IMG/VR virus record: IMGVR_UViG_3300037722_000170
Coordinates: 1-37,771 of that record
From: a virus
Lineage: Duplodnaviria; Caudoviricetes
Direction: 5' to 3' (one strand)
DNA length: 37,771 bases
The first letter of the stretch is position 1. The number at the start of each line of letters is the position of its first letter. Below, one piece after another: positions 1-5,557 of the stretch. The notes beneath the pieces are model-generated. The model was not told where the DNA came from. It made no database searches and saw only the letters and a list, made by a program, of their open reading frames with translations. The translations under genes were made by a program, and so were the position numbers.

Positions 1-9
1 ATCTGTGTT
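1..9. repeat. 9-nt terminal direct repeat ATCTGTGTT (also 37763-37771), consistent with a circular assembly overlap
   Basis: Identical 9-mers at both ends. Collapsing them keeps both the MTase and HNH frames intact. Confidence 0.85.
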
Positions 10-310
10 GCATTATGTAGCCGTCTTTCCTCGCCATCGGTAGAAATTCCCTCGGACACCTGACGTACATAACCCCCTGATAATTCCCGTGACTTCGTTT
101 CATCATTATCCCGCCCTTCCATGCTGGGTTGTCCTTGCCAAATTTCGGAGGAGGAAAGTTGCGTCCGTCTGGTAGCGGGTATGCTTTGTTCCGACAAGCC
201 CGACTGCAAAACTTCCCCTTGTTTATCTTGAGAGTTGATGGTCTGCGGTAAATCGGCTTCTGGCACAGGTCGCAGGTGTGATTGGGTCGTCTGTTGGGTG
301 GCTTTCTCAT
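1..310 (-). CDS. HNH endonuclease nested in the +1 frame of the methyltransferase, N-terminal part (159 aa total, ends at 37593)
   Basis: ATG 310 gives MRKPPNRRPNHTCDLCQKPIYRRPS...GKFCSRACR...GKDNPAWKGG...DGYIMQHR. The CxxC...FCSxxC zinc finger and NPxWKGG motifs are typical of phage HNH endonucleases. Confidence 0.88.
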   Translation of the reverse strand, partial: MRKPPNRRPNHTCDLCQKPIYRRPSTLKINKGKFCSRACRNKAYPLPDGRNFPPPKFGKDNPAWKGGIMMKRSHGNYQGVMYVRCPREFLPMARKDGYIMQHR

Positions 311-758
311 ACGCTTCCATATTACCACAAGTACAGCTCTTTTTCAACTGTTTAAATACATTTAGCGATTTAGGGAAACCCGTGGAATAAATCCACATAA
401 TACAATCTCGTATCTCAAATCCCGCGTCTTCTATAGCACACGCCATTCGGTGATAGGTCCTTGTTCCACCAAAAGAGAGTAAGTATCCGCCCGGTTTAAG
501 AACTCGTAGAGCTTCAGCCCACATCTTAGGATTAAAAGCAATTCCTGTAGAATCCCACTTCTTACCCATAAATCCACCTGACAATCTCGCAAAGCTACCA
601 TCCTTACCATACTGTGCAGGAGCAGAACCCTCTTTACCAAAGCGTTTTTGAATACTAACTAAATCGTATGGAGGATCGGTGACGATTGAATCAATAGAGT
701 TATCCTCTAATGTTTTCATCACCTTTAAGCAGTCGCCTTGCAAAACTTTATTTATCAT
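1..758 (-). CDS. N4/N6 DNA methyltransferase (beta class), N-terminal part; continues across the circular join to 36835 (561 aa total)
   Basis: Manual translation from ATG 758 gives MINKVLQGDCLKVMKTLEDNSIDSIVTDPPY...LRVLKPGG...HRMACAIEDAGFEIRDCIMWIYSTGFPKS, with the DPPY catalytic motif. No stop down to base 1. Missing from the ORF track. Confidence 0.93.
   Translation of the reverse strand, partial: MINKVLQGDCLKVMKTLEDNSIDSIVTDPPYDLVSIQKRFGKEGSAPAQYGKDGSFARLSGGFMGKKWDSTGIAFNPKMWAEALRVLKPGGYLLSFGGTRTYHRMACAIEDAGFEIRDCIMWIYSTGFPKSLNVFKQLKKSCTCGNMEAYEKATQQTTQSHLRPVPEADLPQTINSQDKQGEVLQSGLSEQSIPATRRTQLSSSEIWQGQPSMEGRDNDETKSRELSGGYVRQVSEGISTDGEERRLHNATQ
319..347 (-). promoter_or_regulatory. Sigma70-type promoter inside the MTase gene, upstream of the nested HNH
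   Basis: TTGAAA (347-342), 17-nt spacer, TG-n-TAATAT (324-319). HNH ATG lies 8 nt downstream. Confidence 0.65.
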
Positions 759-760
759 AG

Positions 761-1078
761 TTAAAACGGCACGTCCTCCGGAGTTAACTCATCCTCTCTC
801 TTTTGACCTTCTTTATCTAAAAGCTCTTGAAATTCCTGTGAATCTGTTTTTTTCTCTTCTTTGTCTTGTTTCTCAATAGGGTGGAAGTAGTTATACAATA
901 CCTTAAAATCAATCATTTTAAGCCCTTTTTCAAATGATTCGGTCGTAGGTGTACATACATTACCTATAAGTGCTTTAATCTCCTCAGGAGACTTGCATTC
1001 TCTAACCAACTCACCTCGATTTTGACTGAAAATCCAACGCAGGGTTAAAAATGTAATTCTATTTATATATTCGTTCAT
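761..1078 (-). CDS. Hypothetical protein with SSB-like acidic C-terminal tail (EDVPF)
   Basis: ORF track; tightly coupled to neighbours; ends in DxPF. Confidence 0.65.
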   Translation of the reverse strand: MNEYINRITFLTLRWIFSQNRGELVRECKSPEEIKALIGNVCTPTTESFEKGLKMIDFKVLYNYFHPIEKQDKEEKKTDSQEFQELLDKEGQKREDELTPEDVPF

Positions 1079-1251
1079 AAATCTTTTAAGTTGTAATTAA
1101 CTAATAAATCTGTAAAGGTATCATTACAAGGCTTTAGATATGGGTATCTCATAAAATCATCATATCCGTAGGTTTTTCTCATAGCAATTCCTATAAATTC
1201 TTCTAGATAAATTACAAAGTCTGCGTGTTCTTGTTCTGTCATTTGTCTCAT
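1075..1251 (-). CDS. Hypothetical protein, 58 aa (not in ORF track)
   Basis: MRQMTEQEHADFVIYLEEF...NYNLKDL*; ATGA overlaps with both neighbours. Confidence 0.65.
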   Translation of the reverse strand: MRQMTEQEHADFVIYLEEFIGIAMRKTYGYDDFMRYPYLKPCNDTFTDLLVNYNLKDL

Positions 1252-1475
1252 GTTTTTTGTGGTAATTTTTTATAATTATCTTTTGTCAGCTCTCTATCTA
1301 ATGTTATATCTATTATAAAGGACCTGTTAATAACTGATCCGTCTGGTAGTTGAATAAACTGCGTGTCTGAATTAAGTATCGCATCTTTCTCTACTCCATT
1401 AACCTTATAAGTGTTTCTATTAGATAGATGAATTAAGTAAATCTTTTTGTCTTCTGTAAGGTCTGTAATTTTCAT
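1248..1475 (-). CDS. Hypothetical protein downstream of the initiator
   Basis: ORF track; 4-nt overlap with the initiator stop. Confidence 0.65.
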   Translation of the reverse strand: MKITDLTEDKKIYLIHLSNRNTYKVNGVEKDAILNSDTQFIQLPDGSVINRSFIIDITLDRELTKDNYKKLPQKT

Positions 1476-2215
1476 AATTTAGTAACCCCTCCTCGTTTTC
1501 CTTTAATACCCTCTTGTTTTAGAAATATCAATAACTGCCCCATTTTAGTCTCAAGCTCGTAAGGCGTGGTAATTCGTGGGGCATATGGTTTTGCAGTAAT
1601 AGAGGGTAGGTTTTTTAGTAAATTGGTCATCTTCTCATATCCGTATTTTTTAACCAGTCTGTCAAGAGCAGACCTTTGAGTTTTATTTGCATATAATCTC
1701 TCATAAGAGGGGTTAATTTTTTCAAATAATTTTATTAACCCGTTAATAGTATCTATTGTAATAGTATCTTTATTATCTATATTATCTATTGTGTGTTGCT
1801 TTTTCGCTACTAGTTTTGGTTGCTTTTTCGCTACTAGTTTTGGTTGCTTTTTCGCTACTACCCTAGTAGCGAAATAGCTACTAGTATCCTTTTTGCTACT
1901 AGTCCACTCCGTATAGAGCTTATTAAAGCTATAAATGTTAGTAAATGATTGTTTTTTTACTACTAGTACCTTTTTAGCTACTAGTCGTTTAATTGCTAGA
2001 ACTATCGCAGGTCTTGAAAGTCCTGTAAGCTCTTGTAACTTAGTAAGAGATATTGCGTCTTCTTTTTTTTGCCATCCCCAAGTTTTTCGCCAGACAGCCC
2101 ATACAATTTGCCACTCATTGCCTGATAAGTGTAGAAAAGCTAACTGGTCTACCAACTCGGATGCAATTTTTACGAAGCCATCTTCAGTTTGCGGATTATT
2201 CTTTCTGTCCTTCAT
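1472..2215 (-). CDS. Phage replication initiator, lambda O-like N-terminal wHTH
   Basis: GFVKIASEL...VWRKTWGWQKKEDAISLTKLQELTGLSR. Internal iterons present. ATG 2215 preferred over TTG 2251. Confidence 0.85.
   Translation of the reverse strand: MKDRKNNPQTEDGFVKIASELVDQLAFLHLSGNEWQIVWAVWRKTWGWQKKEDAISLTKLQELTGLSRPAIVLAIKRLVAKKVLVVKKQSFTNIYSFNKLYTEWTSSKKDTSSYFATRVVAKKQPKLVAKKQPKLVAKKQHTIDNIDNKDTITIDTINGLIKLFEKINPSYERLYANKTQRSALDRLVKKYGYEKMTNLLKNLPSITAKPYAPRITTPYELETKMGQLLIFLKQEGIKGKRGGVTKL
1795..1985. repeat. Iteron array (replication origin) inside the initiator gene
   Basis: 24-bp repeat GTTGCTTTTTCGCTACTAGTTTTG at 1795 and 1819, partial copy at 1843. Inverted core at 1864-1874. Further (G)CTACTAGT cores near 1877, 1895, 1960 and 1977. 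AT-rich tract at ~1720-1790. Confidence 0.85.
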
Positions 2216-2414
2216 TTTCTGTATTCTGTATTGAACTTTTAACTTGAGCAATTAGCTCAGTATATGCTTTGATTATTTTTTTCGCCTGTTCATCGGTCTC
2301 AATATCATTAAGTCGGTATTTGTTGTACAAAGTCTTATAAGCATAGGACACATCAGATATGGAATTAAGTATGGATCTTAGTTTAAATATTTTTGATTGT
2401 AGTTCTATTTTCAT
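2196..2414 (-). CDS. Hypothetical protein
   Basis: ORF track; first gene after the promoter at 2492-2520. Confidence 0.6.
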   Translation of the reverse strand: MKIELQSKIFKLRSILNSISDVSYAYKTLYNKYRLNDIETDEQAKKIIKAYTELIAQVKSSIQNTENEGQKE

Positions 2415-2491
2415 ATTTCAAATTTCAAATAACAGCGCTTCGTCCCTCGCAACCTACTAAACCAAGCGCTAGTATCTAAACGCTAATAAAC

Positions 2492-2520
2492 AATATACGA
2501 TAAATATTTTAACGTGTCAA
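2492..2520 (-). promoter_or_regulatory. Sigma70-type promoter for the replication operon
   Basis: TTGACA-17 nt-TATATT. Confidence 0.75.
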
Positions 2521-2528
2521 GCTTTTTG

Positions 2529-2604
2529 TGGATCTGGGAGGATTTGAACCTCCGTAATTATGATATGTCTTCAGAAATATCACAATCCTTATCCTGTCAG
2601 ACCC
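2529..2604 (-). ncRNA. 76-nt tRNA-like RNA resembling the tmRNA tRNA-like domain (G3-U acceptor, T arm, no canonical D stem)
   Basis: Acceptor stem GGGUCUG/CAGAUCC plus discriminator A. T arm GGAGG-UUCAAAU-CCUCC. 10-bp central stem AUUGUGAUAU/AUAUCAUAAU. CCA is not fully encoded. Confidence 0.75.
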
Positions 2605-2606
2605 AT

Positions 2607-2730
2607 AGCTTGTCTCGTGTATACATGAAATGGTTTAGAGTTTGTAGATATGTCAGAATAACACACAAGACAAGCTCCTTAGAACCACACTACCGCTGAC
2701 CCATAGACACGAGTAGTATCGTACCCTAGT
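2607..2730 (-). ncRNA. Two hairpins 5' of the tRNA-like RNA, likely on the same precursor
   Basis: 16-bp stem 2661-2676/2607-2622 (2 G-U on minus strand) around a 38-nt loop. Second stem includes 2713-2719/2687-2693. Confidence 0.55.
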
Positions 2731-2732
2731 AA

Positions 2733-2761
2733 ATAATTACAGATTAAAATACTTTTGTCAA
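2733..2761 (-). promoter_or_regulatory. Probable promoter for the hairpin/tRNA-like precursor
   Basis: TTGACA (2761-2756)-17 nt-TG-n-AATTAT. Confidence 0.55.
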
Positions 2762-2803
2762 GTTTTTCAATTTAGTTTTTTTGTGTTTTATAATTAGGCC
2801 CTC

Positions 2804-2941
2804 AATGCTGGGGACTATACTCCCTTAGAGAGTATAGTCTACCGTCCGTTAAACCGTGCTACGGTTTGCACGTAGCTATCTTTTAGTTAAGTACGGACTT
2901 TGGCGTATAAAGCACTTAACTTATCGACACGTCCCAGCATT
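2804..2941 (-). ncRNA. Multi-stem pseudoknotted structured RNA of unknown family (strand inferred)
   Basis: 9-bp closing stem 2804-2812/2933-2941, three internal hairpins, and a 6-bp cross-pairing 2844-2849/2893-2898. Confidence 0.6.
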
Positions 2942-2960
2942 CAAAGCTTAAATAAATTCT

Positions 2961-3275
2961 TTACCGTTTCCTAAAACTGTCTACTATCGCCTGTGCCGTA
3001 TCCATCTGCCCCATCTCACACATTATGTTATAAGCATCAACCGCCAATGACTGAAATATCGCATCTTTAAGAGCGTAAAAATCAACAGAGAAATGCCGAC
3101 CTTCTGCTTCTATAATGACATTTCGTTCAAGTTTGTAAGGTGCTTTACCATCAAGTAAAACATCATCAATATACTCCCATGCACCAAGTATTTGCGTTAA
3201 GCCCATTCCACGTTGGACTATCTCGCCATCTATTACACCCTCAACCTCTGCTTGAAATTCTCTCTCAACTCCCAT
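2961..3275 (-). CDS. Hypothetical protein
   Basis: ORF track, 104 aa. Confidence 0.6.
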   Translation of the reverse strand: MGVEREFQAEVEGVIDGEIVQRGMGLTQILGAWEYIDDVLLDGKAPYKLERNVIIEAEGRHFSVDFYALKDAIFQSLAVDAYNIMCEMGQMDTAQAIVDSFRKR

Positions 3276-3362
3276 ATTTGTTTAATAAAATACCATAACA
3301 ATTTTATATTACCCATAAAATACCTATAAGGATAACTACTAAAAACAATTTAACTGCCCACA

Positions 3363-3632
3363 TTAACCTATTTGTTTTTTAACTTCTTCAGTTGGTCTTT
3401 TAATTACTTCCCAAGCTCCTGTTGATGTTAGTCCTATCATTAAAGATAAGATAAAACTCCACCCTAAAACAAAAAGCCCAAGACATGTTCCAATAACCAA
3501 TGAGATTAAAGGAAGATATCCTTTAGGCAATTTTTCAAGAATAGAGATTTTTAACACAGTAACCAAAGCAGTTGTTATTCCTGCATAAAAAGCTATGTCT
3601 TTTACAAATTCGTCTATAATAATTGCATCCAT
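3363..3632 (-). CDS. Holin-like membrane protein
   Basis: Three hydrophobic segments; YLPLISLVIG...GLTSTGAWE pattern resembles small phage holins; SD present. Confidence 0.75.
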   Translation of the reverse strand: MDAIIIDEFVKDIAFYAGITTALVTVLKISILEKLPKGYLPLISLVIGTCLGLFVLGWSFILSLMIGLTSTGAWEVIKRPTEEVKKQIG

Positions 3633-3650
3633 TATTTATTCCACCTGCCT

Positions 3651-3794
3651 TTATTTATTTAAAAGTAATAATATAAATCCTATTATTCCAATTATACCAG
3701 CAAGAGAAATACCTGCAATTCCCTGAAGTTGCGGAAATGCAATATATACTACAACAGCTCCCCATAAACAATAATTCGCTAATTTTATCTTCAT
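3651..3794 (-). CDS. 47-aa two-TM membrane protein (not in ORF track)
   Basis: AGGAGGTG SD, then MKIKLANYCLWGAVVVYIAFPQLQGIAGISLAGIIGIIGFILLLLNK*. Confidence 0.7.
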   Translation of the reverse strand: MKIKLANYCLWGAVVVYIAFPQLQGIAGISLAGIIGIIGFILLLLNK

Positions 3795-3807
3795 CTTAAT
3801 TCACCTC

Positions 3808-4011
3808 CTATTCTCCAAATAGTCTTTTCCAAAAAATATTAACTCCAACTGTTATTCCTGATATTAGAAGTGTCATATAAACCGATGCCTTACTTGTAAA
3901 ATCTTCTAAATAATTTACTCTTTTATCAAAATCTCTAAACTTTACATCCATTCTATCTTCAAACCTGTCAAAGCGGTTATAAATATCTCGCAATGTTACT
4001 TTATCGTTCAT
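3808..4011 (-). CDS. Coiled-coil plus C-terminal TM protein (XhlA-like lysis accessory)
   Basis: Heptad-rich N-terminus, one C-terminal TM, located in the lysis cassette. Confidence 0.6.
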   Translation of the reverse strand: MNDKVTLRDIYNRFDRFEDRMDVKFRDFDKRVNYLEDFTSKASVYMTLLISGITVGVNIFWKRLFGE

Positions 4012-4199
4012 AGGTTAGGTAAGACTAAGAAATTTATAGAAATAATTAATAAAACCACTAAAATAAAAATCATTGCATAAGTATAAGAAGTAAACTTTTT
4101 TATAGTTTCTTTGTTCTTTTCGTCTAATCCATCAAGTTTCGTCTCAAGAACAACAACCCTCTCTAATATGTCTTGTAGACTTATGTCTTTATTTTTCAT
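4008..4199 (-). CDS. Coiled-coil plus C-terminal TM protein (XhlA-like lysis accessory)
   Basis: ERVVVLETKL heptads followed by a C-terminal TM. Confidence 0.6.
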   Translation of the reverse strand: MKNKDISLQDILERVVVLETKLDGLDEKNKETIKKFTSYTYAMIFILVVLLIISINFLVLPNL

Positions 4200-4200
4200 A

Positions 4201-4623
4201 TTATAAAAACCTACTCATAAAACTAATAATTGCTATAATCAATCCAACTACTCCAACTAAATAACCCCAAAAAGCATTAAGTCCTGCACTTTTACCACTT
4301 GATGTATCTATTCTGCGTTGCAGTTCTGCCAATTCTGCCGGGCCTATATCTAATCTGCTTCTTAAATCTGATACTTGCTTTGATAACTCTTTATATAATT
4401 CATTTACGTTTTTTATAGATGACTCCAATTCTCGTCTTGTTGCCATATTTCTACCTAAATCATCTAACGCACCACGAAATTCATTTGTTTTAACAAAGTC
4501 TGACTCAGTAGTTTTTTTAAATACCTGTAGGCTTTCTGTAATTGAAACCACATGCAACTCCACTAACTCTTTTAGAGTATCTACAGTCCACCCTGATACT
4601 TGTCGTTCTGTTTCTCCGCTCAT
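4201..4623 (-). CDS. Coiled-coil plus C-terminal TM protein
   Basis: Start reassigned to ATG 4623, which gives an ATGA overlap with the endolysin stop. C-terminal WGYLVGVVGLIIAII. Confidence 0.65.
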   Translation of the reverse strand: MSGETERQVSGWTVDTLKELVELHVVSITESLQVFKKTTESDFVKTNEFRGALDDLGRNMATRRELESSIKNVNELYKELSKQVSDLRSRLDIGPAELAELQRRIDTSSGKSAGLNAFWGYLVGVVGLIIAIISFMSRFL

Positions 4624-5522
4624 TTTGCCCCCCAAATTTCTAATATCCCAATCCACTTCTCTTTCCATGTTTTTTTAGAAAATCTATCGGCTAAAGGTGT
4701 TTCAACTTCCACTTTTTCTACCTTTACATTATCTTTAATTATTTGATTTAATTGGTCAATATTCTCTTTGAGAGGCTTTTTCTCTACCTCACACTCGTTT
4801 AAGCATTCTACCCTTTGGTCTGATAACCTTTTATCGCACTCACTATCGGCTACCTCTTTGATGTGTTTTATTTCATTATCTTTTAACAACAATTCTTTTT
4901 GGGCGTTTGTATACTTCTCTTTAAACTCCTCATACCCTCTGTGGTGAGCCTTGTTATCCTCTATAAGCTTATCTATACCTTTCCATACTTTATTTTCATT
5001 GTCTTTAAAGTATTCGCTATCATCTCTGCTTAATAGTTCCCGTCCTTTCAGTCCAATTAGAACCCTGTCATAATAGGATTTTTTCCAATCATCAGTTGAT
5101 CCTACTACTGGTGCTTCTGTTGGCGCATTTATAAACTCAACTGACATGTTTATATTTCCAGCATTTCGGTATTCTGAATGAAGATGTGGACCTGTAGAGT
5201 TTCCTGTATTTCCAATTCTTGCTACAATCTGTCCTGCTTTTACCTGCGTTCCTATCTCTAAAGATGAGCCTTTTTTTAAGTGTGCGTGAAGCTCAAAAGA
5301 GCCATCTTTGTGTTTTATTTTAATGTAATTTCCGTAATCACGAGTTGTAAGACGACCTGTATTTCTCCAGTTGTTTACATATAGGTCAACTCTTTCTATA
5401 ATAACCCCGTCTGCCCCTGCTCTAACCTCATCTGGTAGGTTTAGCCCTACAAAGTCATATGCTTTGTGTCCTGTTGTAAATCCTCTAACTAATCTGTTTT
5501 TTGTTGGTTTAATTATTTTCAT
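4620..5522 (-). CDS. M23 family peptidase (endolysin) with C-terminal coiled coil
   Basis: HKAYD (HxxxD), YGNYIKIKH, AHL and GNTGNSTGPHLH (HxH) motifs. Confidence 0.92.
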   Translation of the reverse strand: MKIIKPTKNRLVRGFTTGHKAYDFVGLNLPDEVRAGADGVIIERVDLYVNNWRNTGRLTTRDYGNYIKIKHKDGSFELHAHLKKGSSLEIGTQVKAGQIVARIGNTGNSTGPHLHSEYRNAGNINMSVEFINAPTEAPVVGSTDDWKKSYYDRVLIGLKGRELLSRDDSEYFKDNENKVWKGIDKLIEDNKAHHRGYEEFKEKYTNAQKELLLKDNEIKHIKEVADSECDKRLSDQRVECLNECEVEKKPLKENIDQLNQIIKDNVKVEKVEVETPLADRFSKKTWKEKWIGILEIWGAK

Positions 5523-5557
5523 ACTCTATTGGTAATGTTATATTCATAGGTTTATAA

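Noticed and set aside
1-335. Intein or group I intron as the explanation for the MTase insert
   Set aside because: No Hint block A/B/G motifs; the only HN is followed by Ala and lies mid-insert. No group I core elements seen, and the MTase frame is open without splicing.
431-879. ORF-track calls 431-640 (-) and 679-879 (+)
   Set aside because: Shadow ORFs overlapping the methyltransferase, which has clear motifs.
1795-1903. CRISPR-like repeat array
   Set aside because: Repeats are contiguous with no unique spacers and lie in-frame in the initiator; they are iterons.
2529-2604. Canonical tRNA-Phe (CUGAAGA loop) or attP fragment
   Set aside because: The loop is not closed by a regular 5-bp stem, U8 and a normal D arm are missing, the acceptor has Ala identity, and no integrase is present.
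2514-2699. 61-aa plus-strand ORF
   Set aside because: Antisense to the tRNA-like and hairpin RNAs and overlapping a promoter; no coding support.
2804-2941. Group I intron remnant or cobalamin riboswitch
   Set aside because: P-, R- and S-like words occur but in the wrong order and as a simple hairpin; the cobalamin GGGAA/CCCGC core is missing.
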